This document shows positions 50,470-62,261 of a stretch of 64,000 bases of DNA, piece by piece; the stretch's first letter is position 1, and each line of letters starts with the position of its first letter. Source of the DNA: Dipteris shenzhenensis. Lineage: Eukaryota. The translations under genes were made by a program, and so were the position numbers. The notes below the pieces were generated by a model. It did not search any database. It saw only the letters and a program-made list of their open reading frames with translations, and was not told the origin of the DNA. The stretch lies in assembly GCA_047967505.1 (NCBI GenBank), contig CM106538.1. One strand, written 5' to 3'.

Positions 50470-52010
50470 GTGTGAATGAAGCTAGTATTCTGAACAAGTA
50501 TCCTTCCTTGTCTAGCTGATATCCTCTAGATTTGTCTCTGGTTGTGCATTCATCTCCATCAAAGATGACTCTATAATTGTGTTCTGTCATTTTCCCATTT
50601 GACAAGAGGTTCTTGTTGCGCTTCAAAACATAGAGTACATCTTTCACCAATCCTTTTGTACCAATGAAATTGTTTATAGGGACAATGCCTTCCCTAGAAT
50701 TGGATTTGGTGTGTTATCTGCCTTGTGGGGGATAATGTTCTTCTATCATTATAATGGTTACATCTCTGCGAATCATTCCTAATGCTTTGTCATATGAGGT
50801 GATGCGCCACAACTGATGTATCAAGGATCCTGATCTGCTTGATCAACTTGATAGTAGCTGCATTCCCCTTTGGAATTGCAATCAATGTTAAGGTATACCG
50901 TATCAATCTTATGCATATCCTCACTTGTAAGAAACATATTTTGAGTTCCATTAGCACAATGACTGAGACTTGAATTTCCACCGCGGTGATTTACTCTTTC
51001 ACAAAAATTCCCTCAATTCCTACTAGATTGACCTTCCTGGTCAAACTGTTTCTTGCGGGGCAATCTCTTTCATAGTGTCCAAACTTTTGATAGTAGTTGC
51101 ACTGAATGTTTGACATGTTGGTGGATGCATTCCCTCTTCCTTAAAATCTTCCTCTGTTGGAATGATTTCCTCTTGGATGCTTATGATGATGTTGTTGAGG
51201 ATGCTGATGCTAAAGCTGGCTTTGATGATGATGATGATGACCACTTCACTGAGATGCTCTACCTCTACCTCTGCCTCTACTTCTATCTAAAGCTATGAAT
51301 TCTTGATCATTGGAATGACCTTTGCGTGCTTGAATGACCTGAGTCATGAGTTCTCCACCAAGTAACACTAACTGTAATTCTTTCAGTGTTGGAATTTCCT
51401 ATTGAATGGCAATACTCTGGACTAAATTCTTATATACCTCTCCTAGTCCATTCAAGATGACTTGAACCATCTCTATGGGATACATAGTCTCTCCTACTGT
51501 TGTAAGTTGATTGTTGTAATACTTGATTTTGAGTAAGTAAGCATGATCAGTTTGATTGCTATTGCAAAATCTCTAGTTGATTTAGTTTCTCACTGTGAGA
51601 ATCATGGATGGTTCTTAGACTCATAAAGAGCTACAAACATATCCCATGCTTCTTTGGATGTCTTCACTGTGTTGAGCTATCCTAGCATATGACATCTTGC
51701 ATATTCTGCTTGATCAAATGATATGCATATTTATCTTTCTTCTCCCATCTTGCTTGTGATCGAGCAATACAAGATCTGCTGTAGCTATGGACACTGTTGG
51801 TGTAGGTGTAGACCTACTGCTTATGCTGCGACAATGGTAGGAGCTTCTGCTATACCATCAGATGGTTTTAGTGTAGACCCATCAACATACTTCCATTTTT
51901 CTTGAAGTACAAGAATGGTCTCCTTTCGATATTTCCATGTGCCATAATTTGAGTTCTATAACTTAGCAGATGCCTTCAAATTGAAGTTATAGTCGTACAC
52001 ATGGTGCAAG
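50470..52010 (-). mobile_element. Ty1/Copia gag-protease fragment
   Basis: KL.NSNYGTWKY..ETILVLQEKWKYVDG; knuckle CNYYQKFGHYERDC (~51100); ILDTS; VKDVLYV...KNLLS. Confidence 0.85.
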
Positions 52011-52560
52011 AAATGTACTCATAGTGCCTATGAATATCACTGTCTGAGTCAACTACAAAACAATGATCTATCTTAACTAAAATCTGAACTATCAATGAAG
52101 ATAAAACTACAATATATAATCCAATCTATTACAAGGTTTGTGGCAAATGATGTCAAGAATATCTAAGAGGCTTTACAAGGTTTAAATAAATTGCACAATG
52201 CTAGAAAACAGCCAATAGGTTTTACAATGGTGGCATGTGAGTGTAAAATTAAATCATGTGCAATTTGCCGAATAATGATCAATTGTCCAATGCCTTTGAA
52301 AACTCTAGTGTCTGCTCACTGAACTGTGGAATGTCGGGTTTCAGGACATGTGATGATGTGAAACCGCATGTGAGCATATGGATTGACTCCAAGTAGGAAC
52401 TATTTGAACATGGCTTTGATTGGCTACTTTGGAGCTCTCTCCTCCAAGGATGAGCTACGCTACTCTGATCTAGTTCTAGACCAACCATCGAGTGATGAAA
52501 AACCAATAAATAATTGCTTTTTCTTTGTTCTTTTTAGGTTTCGATAGCTTTGCCCATTTG

Positions 52561-53756
52561 TGCTGCTATGCCATACATAGCAAGAAAGGGGGGACTTCAC
52601 CTTCCTAAAAATATTAGATGAAAGCTATATATATATTTGTATGATTAGAATATATCCAATTGTACGATGAAAGTTATACTTAAAAGCTCAACAAAAAATC
52701 CTTAAAATCAAAAGCGCTTAGACAATAATTGAAGTTAAAATCAGTGCAACCTGATGTACTAATCACAGGTCTAGCTCAATACATATAACCTTTTCTTGGG
52801 AGATGGGGTCAATTGAACATAACTTACAAAAACCTGACATTCATGTAAGGCCTTCTTTAAATATGATACATAATGAGGGAGTCCACTTGGGGTTAAAACT
52901 TTGCATGTAACCAAATTTTATACGTAATTTATACATATATATACCTTTGTAACTAATAGCATGAAGTACAATTGATGCCTTGTTACCAAGGCAAACAGTC
53001 CCAATACCTGCACTCAAATTATCCCTCTTTGCCCTTGACAAAAAGGCCAGTTACACTTTCCGATGTACATAACAATGGGAGCATATGACACCTGTCTTTC
53101 AGAGCTGCAAGGCTCATAATGCTACAAGCCCGCCACATTCTGCCTGGGAGCACCCATATTTTTATATAATGCCGTGGCTATACCAATGTTTAAACTGACC
53201 AATGTTGAAAATAAAAGATGAAAGTTATATAGACCTTAGTACGACTACAATATATCCAATCGCACGATGAAAGTTCTACTTCAAAGCTCAACAAAAAATC
53301 CTTGAATAAAAAGCGCTTAGACAATAATTAAAGTTAAAATCAATGCAACGTGATGCAATAATCACAGGTCTAGCTCAGTACGTATGACCCTTTCTTGGGA
53401 GACGGGGTTAATTGAACATAACTTACAAACACCTGACATTCATGTAAGGCCTCCTCTAAATGTGATATATAATGTGGGAGTCCACTTGGGGTTAAAACTG
53501 TGCATGTAACCAAATTTCATACGTAAGTTATAACATAAGTACAATTGATGCCTTGTTACCAAGGCAAGGAGTCCCAATACCTCCTCTCAAATTATCCCTC
53601 TTTGCCCTTGACAAAAAGGCCAGTTACACTTTCTGATGTACATAAGGATCCACTGACAATGGGAGCACATGACACCTGTCTTTCAGAGCTGCAAGACTCA
53701 TAATGCTACAAGCCTGCCACATTCTGCCTGGGAGCACCCATATTTTTATATAATGC
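52561..53756 (-). repeat. Two copies (1 and 2) of the exon-pair repeat unit
   Basis: Direct tandem with a period of ~580-600 bp, homologous to 27970-29153. Confidence 0.92.
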
Positions 53757-55082
53757 TGCCACCATCCCAAAGGGACAATTGCATATTGCATGCTGCTAGG
53801 TTTTAGGTTATCTGACCTGACCTGACTTATATACCACTTTCATTATCTTCCTGTACCAATAATTAGAGTACAATCTGAATATCTACACCTCAAGTCTGCT
53901 GCTCTCTCTGTGTCGTTTGAGAGGTCTACTGTGGGATACTCTGTAGACAGATCAAAATAATGATGATGTTCCTGTACTGAGATAGAATTACAAACCATGG
54001 ACAGCATAATATGCCATTGTGAGATTGCATGCAAAATCTTGTTCCTATAGGTGATTGTAGCATTGTGGACCCAAGCCATGAATACCGTATATTGAATACA
54101 GGATTGCCCTGAAGCCTTGCAGCATTCTACCTCTAAATACACTTTGATTTTGTGCTGTATACCCACCTTTCACTGGTGGGCCACTGAGAGAGAAATCTTA
54201 GACAAATGAGTAGAACCCTGATCTTGCACTTTTAAGACAAGGCTCTAAATCTAGCAGTATGTAGACAAACCTGAACGACACATTGCATCTCATCCAGCAA
54301 CCTTGGGAATCATCTAACAGAACTGGTCAGTGGAAGTCTTTGATGAATCGCCAGGCAGCACATAACTTCAGCCCAAATGGTGTACTTCCCTGCTTCCGTT
54401 TTGAGAACCAATGTGTGCAATCTTACATTTTCAACCAACCTATGTGAAATTCACAACCGCAGAATCGTGCGAAGTGTATCTGATAAATTCTGAACCTTTT
54501 GAGCTTCCTGTCCTGCTTGCCATCCTTGAAGAGGCATTTCTTCATAGCAGCTGTAAAGCATGTGCAAAACATTACCCAAAGGAATAAGAAACAGAGAAAA
54601 AACTAATGGTAGCAAAAACAGCATATGATCTGTACTTTGCTTCAGATATGCAAACACTTACAGTTTATGGTATGCCAAAGCTCGGGCTAGGTTTGGTAGT
54701 GTTGTGCTTGTTGCAAGGCGTTTACTAACACTTGGTGGAAGTGGCATCTGAACAAGTGAAGTGAAACCATATGAGGGAGAGAGAGAGAGAGAGAGAGAGA
54801 ATTCGTGCTTAACAAAGCTATAAATGTCATCTTAGATCAGAAATCTGCTTCAAAAGACCAGTGTTTTTTAGATTTAAAGCAACAGGACAGAGGGACAGAC
54901 GTGTAGCCAAAAATTAAAAATCTATATCAGACGGCGTCATCATTGCTGGGTGCATTTGCAAGTGAAGCTTTGCTTGCAACCTGCTAGAGCACTTTCGTTG
55001 ACACTTTTGGGTCAACTGACGTGGCGTTACAAGATCAAAGCTCTATCCACCTACATGTTTATCATCTCCGCATTGCCAATGT
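53433..55082 (-). pseudogene. Multi-exon pseudogene of unrecognised family (8 exons here; possibly a ninth at 55163-55427)
   Basis: AG/GT-bounded exons at 55082-54981, 54747-54662, 54550-54458, 54389-54271, 54217-54131, 53971-53889, 53688-53560 and 53484-53433. They splice into one ~250-codon frame with 5 stops by hand count and no frameshift. One intron is only 53 nt. Confidence 0.65.
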
Positions 55083-55489
55083 CTGTTTGCCCCTTTTTTT
55101 TTGGGTAGATCATTCTCTAACCCCAGACTTTGAGAACAAGTCTCTCGCAGCTAACGTTATACCTCTATAATGATTTTTATGCTCACACTGATTTCTTATC
55201 GCCCCTTCTTCAATGTTGCTGCTATTTCAGCCTGCACGCCTACTAAGAGCTCATTATTCAGTGGTATCTGCTCATCGCTCCTGTCTCGCTGCTCCATATG
55301 TACCATAGTGCAGTCCGTTGCTTTCAATGGACGTCCATTAGAGACTGCTGCTACTGCATCTCTCTCAGACGGTATTTATTTGATACCTTCATAAATTTGG
55401 GGCACGCACTGCCATTGTCGTTGGCTGCTGCAGAGATTGATTTTAATCAGTTTTTACTTCAACATCGTTTCTATCAGTATCCCAAAATA

Positions 55490-56110
55490 TGGCATATTGA
55501 GAAATTCTCCAGCACCGGATTTGCTATTTGGAAGACAAAGATGCAGCTCTTTCTCATGCAGGAAGGCATGTGGCAAGCTGTCACCCCTAAAGAATCAGAG
55601 CAGCTATGCGACAACCCAGCCCGACGTAAGGCTTGGAAAGACAAGAATGATAGTGCGTTGGTGATCTCACTGATAATCTACTCCATCATCTGGACCTCAC
55701 CAAACTGCCAAAGAGCTATGGATAGGTCTTGAAGCAGCCTTTGGCAGCAATCTAAACAATTCCAAGCTATTTCTCAAGATGCAATTGTGTAGCATGACGC
55801 ATCAAGGTCAGATAGTCTTTAAACAACACATGGATGCCCCTCAAAAGCCCGTCGTATAATGCTGATAAGAAGGCTTCCCTTCTTAACAGCCTCATTCATG
55901 AAGAAAGATTTTGGGAAACTCTACGAGCCATGAAAGTAGGACGAGGAATGTCCTATGAGGAGATGATAGTAGTTTTTATGAGGAAGACCGGCATAAGCTC
56001 GACACTGACTTATCTACAAGGGCTTACCTCACCAAAGAGATGCAACTACTGCAAAAAGCTTTGTCACATGATTGACCAGAGCTACAAGAAGTTGGGCAAG
56101 CAACAGGACA
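55490..56110 (+). mobile_element. Ty1/Copia gag fragment
   Basis: IEKFSSTGFAIWKTKMQLFLMQEGMWQAV...WKDKNDSAL; decayed knuckle CNYCKKLCHMIDQS. Confidence 0.8.
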
Positions 56111-56746
56111 AACACCATGCTCAACTTGCAACCACTTCTTACCCTGACTCAGACAATGCCTCAGAGCCCTCAAACAACCAAAGAAAATGCCATGACAGTC
56201 ACTGTTGACACACCGTCTCTTGATAGTGATAACCAGTGCGATGAGTGGGCTTTCTAAGCCCTCTACCTTTTATCTTCCAAATAATTTCTGCAGGGATGCT
56301 CTGCCCGGATTGCAAAATACGAAATGATATGTATTCTTTAGCGTGTGTTCTATTGCATTTTGCATTGGTTTTTCTTCGGGACAGTTATCCTTTAACAGGG
56401 GGGGAACAAGGGGGAAGAAGGGGGGGGGGGCGGGGGGAATGCAACCTGTGGATCTTGTCCCATGGCTTTTGAGTCGAGCCCAAGAGCCATGCTTAAGTAT
56501 AAACCTCTAATTATGTGCATACGCCTTTGCGCCATGCTGGACTTTATCGAGCCTCTGCGCCATGCTGGACTTTATGGAGCCATGCGTATAATTAAGTTCT
56601 ACTGTTCGCCTCTAAGCTGAACATGCCATGTTCTCACTTGTGATTTCCTAAAATACTCTCCAAGGGATTAGATATACCTTTGTAGAATATATCGAATCAT
56701 ACAAATTTAGACTTTTTGTTGTTCTAAAAGTCCAAAAATCTACACA

Positions 56747-57795
56747 CTCCTCGCCCTTGGCTCATAGAGGTTGTGGCTCTATGGAGGTGTCCCAATTAAG
56801 TTTTTGCAGTGGGACCTTGGGGAATGGGAATGGATAGATGAAGGGCACCGAGAGAAGGGCATCCCCTTCTTTCGTTACACGGTTAGTAATGCCAGGAAAT
56901 TCTAGCTCAGCTGTAGGGGTTGGAGGCCCACCAGAGCTCATCATTGGGAGAACTTTCAGATTCCTGCTGACTAGCAAAAAAAATTTTGGCAGAGACTCCA
57001 AAAATCCCACCGGAATAGAAAAATCACTCTCTTCTTTTGGCTTTCTATTCATGGTGGGATAGCAATAAACCATTGGAGGTCCAAGTTCGGAGCCGACCCT
57101 TCTTGCCCTCGCTGCCTTTCTACTTTGGAGACAATACAACACTGCCTTTGGGATTGCAGACAGGCGAGAATCATATGGAAGGGGATTGCAAGACTTTTCA
57201 GCACTTTTGTTTGCCTACCTTTCTATATGACCTGGGGATCAATGGCTTGGCTTACTCTTTCAGGGCCCCAGGTATTTTTTGAGAGACTTGATTCCTCTTG
57301 GGCTATTCACATCCGACGACACCTTGTGGAGTCGTGCTCTCTAGAGGATGTTCCGGCCACTCTTTTCAGGGCTGCTCACTCCTCGGTCGACTCTCCATGG
57401 GAGATCCTAGCTAGCATTGCAGCATGGCACATTTGGAGAGCCACATGCACTGAGGCTTTGGAGGGTTCTCAGGTTCACCCTTCTCAGATCTTGGCCAGTA
57501 CTTGGACAGATACGATACATACTCTGATGGCCATTTGGGCGACCATGCAAGGATCATCTCGAGCAACCTCCTCTAGGAGAGTTACTTTTCTCAAAGATTG
57601 GAGAGACTCTCCCTTCTTCGCTGAGACTTCTACAGGGTTGAGATGGCATTTTCAACCTCAGCCTTGGTTTCTTTCTACCTCATTCCTTTGAGGTGTTTTT
57701 TATTACATGCTTAGCATGGTGTATTTCCGCACAGAGCTTGCTCTAGCGGGTTTCTTTCTTACTTAATAGAAGTCTCTTTTTTGAAAAAAATAAAT
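56747..57795 (+). mobile_element. 5'-truncated L1-type LINE with A-rich tail and 11-bp TSD
   Basis: zf-RVT region FFWLSIHGG...CPRCLSTLETIQHCLWDC..ARIIW and WHIWRA; tail gaaaaaaataaat; aaatctacaca at 56736-56746 and 57796-57806. Confidence 0.9.
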
Positions 57796-57982
57796 AAATC
57801 TACACAAAATAAAAGAGAAAACGAAAGAGAAGAAAAAAGAGGTAACAAAAACTTTTTTGAAAAACAAAAGGAAGACATATTTAGCAAGCAAAGCAGCACT
57901 TATGTCGTCATCAGTGCCCAAGCATAAGCAGCTATATTGGGTTTCTAAAGACCCCATGGAGTCTCTTGGGCAAACCCAATGC

Positions 57983-59545
57983 TTACTAAAATACGTCAAA
58001 AATAAACAAAAGAGAGAGAAAACAAGAAATAAAGAAGAAAGGAAGAAGGTGACTAAGCAAAATTAAACAAGCAAATCAAGAAACAAAATCTTCCAAGGAA
58101 TTAGACACTACCTATTTCTAGGTAAGACCTTCCCATAGAATTTCATTTATGTTTCATGTCATAAGCTTAGCCACCCATGACCACAAGGGGGATATGTTAG
58201 ATATGATCGCGTGTGTGTTTGAGAATGGTGTGAGATATTGTGTGTTTGAAGGGTCAATTGACCTTTGGGAGTGGATAAGCTCATGCACATGACATCATAG
58301 GTGATGTCAAAAGGTTCAGCCCTTGTGGCTCTATGTACTTGGATCCTATCTATGATCATCGCACTCGATCTTTTGGTGTTATCAGCTTGCCCATTGCATA
58401 CTTCCTCTCTCTCTCATGGCACTTCTTCTTCACCCATCATAGCCTCGTGCTTCAACATTGCCTGTGTTCTCTAAGAGTGTGTGCGAATAGCTACCATATA
58501 TGTGCTCCACAAAGAGAGAGAGAGAGAGAAAGAAACAAATATTACCGTCTTCAAAAGGCCTCACAGTCTTAGACAACATAGAGGTAGGTTGGTTGTTAGG
58601 CAAACACTACTCTGCAGCAGAAGATGAGCCCCGAGATCTCGAAACACTTAATGCGGAACACAACTCACTCCATGTGCTTAAAGAGAGAACACTTTTGATA
58701 TGAAAAGAATATACAGAAATATTCAGCAAAACAAAATCTCATAAATAGAGTAAAGGCCAAGTACAAAATACAGCCAGAAATTGTGACAACACTTTCAGCA
58801 AACAAGCACTGAGGTAAGACACCAAGAACAGGCTCTATTTGCTGCTGTAGACTTCTTCTAGATCAGCGTGTGTCCTCAATGGACATCAGTGGCTGCTCTA
58901 GGTGAGTCTGCTACTACTCTTCTTGTGCACCACAGTCCGCTCTTCTACAGTGGGTAGATCTGTCGTGTGCTCCTGGACTATCCAAAGACTCCTCAACTTT
59001 GAGAACTGTGTCTGGAGCACTCTCCTATGCTCTCCCAACAGTCTGCTGCTTTGCCACTGGGAGGAGGCTGTTTCGCCTAGAATGCCCCCCCAAGGGAGAC
59101 CTTTTATAGGGCTGGAAAGCCCCATCAACTTAACACCTGCTCACAGACTGGCCGACTGGTCTGTGAGCAGACCCACTGCCCACAGATTGGGCAAACCCAG
59201 TCTGTGGCTTTCCTCTCGGCCCATCTGCCTACAGGTCTATCTACTCTCATATATGCTGAGGTGTCAACCCCTGAGCTCTCCTCATTTAGGGGCTCACAGA
59301 TGGGTCATTAACCCTATTTCTCCAACATACGGGCCTATGAGACAAAAAATACATCGAAAATTGATACGAGTACAAGCTATTTTGAGCTGGTGCAGGTTAG
59401 ACTAAGACTATATATACCTTTGTTACTAAAATACGTCAAAAAAAAAAAAAAAAGCAAAGCAAAGGAGAAAGAAAACAAGAAATAAAGAAGAAAGGAAGAA
59501 GTTGACTAAGCAAAAATAAACAAGCAAATCAAGAAACAAAATCAA
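57983..59545. repeat. ~110-120-bp direct repeats (57983-58090, 59422-59543) enclosing an LTR-like non-coding segment (~58590-59400)
   Basis: ttactaaaatacgtcaaaa...gaaaacaagaaataaagaagaaaggaagaag.tgactaagcaaaa.taaacaagcaaatcaagaaacaaaatc occurs twice; the interior has a minus-strand TATA-like cttttatagg. Confidence 0.65.
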
Positions 59546-59563
59546 CCAAAAAACAGAAATAAA

Positions 59564-59613
59564 TCTCTCTCTCTCTCATAGGCCCGCGAGGCCTCTTGCA
59601 AACATTAATGCAT

Positions 59614-59661
<48 letters not shown>

Positions 59662-60595
59662 AATGAAAGAAAGAATTTACAAAATGAATGAATTATTTAA
59701 AACATAAAAAACTATATGAACCCCTCACACTTATGTACCACTTCCTACAAAGATGCAAAATCATATGCCTAACTTAGAAAGCAAGATGCTCGCAAATATG
59801 CTAAGTACTGACAAGAACTGACCCTGGTGCAAGGGCACACTAAGAGCCTCGAGCTGAGCATCACATCTCAAAAGGAAGATATAGATATAGAAGTGGGAGG
59901 GAGAGAGAAAGAAAGAGAAATATTAATGTCCTCGGGAGGCCTCGCAGGCCTATGGACAAAGTACATCATGAGACAAGAGCTCATACAAGCCTCGGTGGGC
60001 TAAAGCAAAGGGCACGCTAGGGCCCTTGCTGAGTGCTATGCTAAGCTAAGCTTCAAGAGCTCAAGAGCTCAAACAAAACTCAGATGCACACTCAAAGCTA
60101 GGACTCAAAAGCCGAAACCTAGCACCGTCCAGTGGACTGCAAAGATATCCCGAATTTGCATTTGTTGACTTGTCTCTCGCAGTGGGAGAGGATGTGGTCT
60201 CCTTGATCTCTATATATCCAATGGGCTATGTCAACAGTGATGCCTCGTCTCTGGTGGCCTCCTATGAGAGTTGAGAAAGGTCGGACCTGGATTGTGTGCG
60301 CTTTGGTCACCCTCTAAGTCGTCTGTGATCTCTGCGTCCCTCGCTAGGCAGCGTAGCATCGACTCTCCCTACTCACCCACAATTCCTCATATCAGCTAGC
60401 TCCTCCTCCTCCACCCCACTATGTCCTGGAGCTGACTTGATTGCATAAAAGTCTGTGACACGTTGTGTTCAGCCTACCTCAGCATCCTGCAGTAGGGTCT
60501 CATCATGCTGCTCTTTGATCTGTCACAATAGTGTCTCTCTGTGTCGTCGCATCCCAATAAGATAGAGCCCAATGCAAACCTGGTCATGGAAGTGG

Positions 60596-60646
<51 letters not shown>

Positions 60647-60815
60647 AACGTTTGCAGGAGGCCTCGTGGGCCTATGAGACAAAGTACAAAACCAAAAACT
60701 AACTCATACAAGCCGCTATGGGCTGAAGCAAAGGGATCACTAAGGCCCTTGCTGAAAGCTAAAGTGCTAAACTAGTAAGCAAAATAGCAGAAGAGTATCA
60801 GGGAGCTAACGCTCC

Positions 60816-60861
<46 letters not shown>

Positions 60862-61260
60862 TATTAACGTCTGCAGGAGGCCTCGTGGGCCTATGAGACA
60901 AAGTACAAAACCAAAAACTAACTCATACAAGCCGCTATGGGCTGAAGTCAAGGGATCACTAAGGCCCTTGCTGAAAGCTAAAGTGCTAAACTAGTAAGCA
61001 AAATAGCAGAGTAGCAAAATAGTAGAAGAGTATCAGGAAGCTAACGCTCCTAGTACACGCCCAGGCTCCCTATATCCAGGTACCCTCGTGGCTCTCTGAT
61101 GGGATGTGAGGAGCTCTCATTCTGCGTCTGTCGAGCTGTCTCTCGATGCGGTGGAGGGTGTGGTCTCCTCGATCTCTGTATCCGATGGGCTACGTCAAGG
61201 GTGACGCCTTTGGCGGTCTCCTTTGAGGAAGGCTGAAATAGACGTCCTGCAAGAGATGAT
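59564..61260. repeat. Cluster of (GA)n-anchored repeat modules
   Basis: (GA)n followed by tattaacg..tgcaggaggcctcgtgggcctatgagacaaagtaca at 60599-60817 and 60817-61052 (near identical). A diverged copy lies at ~59900-60060 and an inverted partial copy at 59564-59658. Confidence 0.85.
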
Positions 61261-62261
61261 GAAATGAGCAAGTGAGGGGGGCCTATAAATAGCCCCCCAA
61301 CCTCTTAGTCGGTCAGCAAGAGGCTGGGCTGACTTGCTGCCTACATGCATGACTCACACGCCTAGGGGGCCGACCCAAAAAACAGCCTATATAGGGCTAC
61401 ACAAGGCCCTAAGGTATGGGCCTGCCAACCGACAAACTAGGCTCTAGAGCCGACTGCTCCTAGCCCCCACCGGGATCTGCACAGCCAATATGAAGGGGTT
61501 GTGTCCTTTGCCCTCCACCTGACTCCCTAGACGCCTCAAAGGGGGCTGCCATGCGGCAGCAAAGCAGGCCTCAAGAAGGCCCTAAACAACCTCCACATGG
61601 CCAGCAAGCCCTCCCGCACTGAGCATCCTACCAACCCTACTCTATGTAAGCCTCACAAGAGGGGCCGGCACATCCACAACATTGGCCCTCACTCATCTAT
61701 CCTAGCCTCACTCATTGGGTGGGCACACCCACAAGCAAGGCCCTCTCTCTAGGTGACATCAGAAGGTGTTGACCTCTAAGGGAGCTGCGTGTACCGTTGG
61801 AACAACTGAAGGAATCCATCGTGTGAAGCTCCACTGCGGAAGACCGCTATAGGTACTATCAAAGAAGCCCCCCGTGGCTCGAACCGCCTTAGCACGATCA
61901 TTAGAAACCTAGAACTATTGCTCCCAGGCCACAGGTGCTAGGTACACTCCTCTGGTTTGGTAATGGTACACTCATCTGGTACAATAATCCAACTACTGGT
62001 ACTGGTACATGACTCCAACATAACAATAATCCAACTAATACTGCCTCCGGTGCAAGGTCTGCTTCCCTGCATGGGCCCCTGTATCGTAGAGCTAGATAGC
62101 CCCCTTTGAAGCCCCCTCTCGAGTCCAAACTGGTACACTGTCGCCAGATCGATGAACTGTAGTGCTCCAATGACAACGGGCTGATAACAGCTCACAAGGA
62201 TCAATCAACTGTGTCCGGGTTCTTGCACTGGCAATCTACTAACCCATATGGATCTCCAACA

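Noticed and set aside
54271-54550. Resemblance of RFRIY...RLPLTSSVR.FP to P2X7-ballast/nanor-like R..PSC..IR..FP domains
   Set aside because: Too few matching residues and no G.LG or PSC core; cannot be supported without a profile search.
53433-55427. Alternative spliced frame (MPLPPSVSKRLA...LAYHKLCYEEMPLQ) whose stops might be repaired by U-to-C editing
   Set aside because: About 12 stops, near random expectation. Every stop codon starts with T, so the pattern is uninformative; such editing is organellar; and another frame fits better.
55163-55427. Upstream exon of the pseudogene
   Set aside because: It has plausible AG/GT ends and an 80-nt intron, but its cleanest frame is out of phase with the downstream exons. 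Left out of the confident model.
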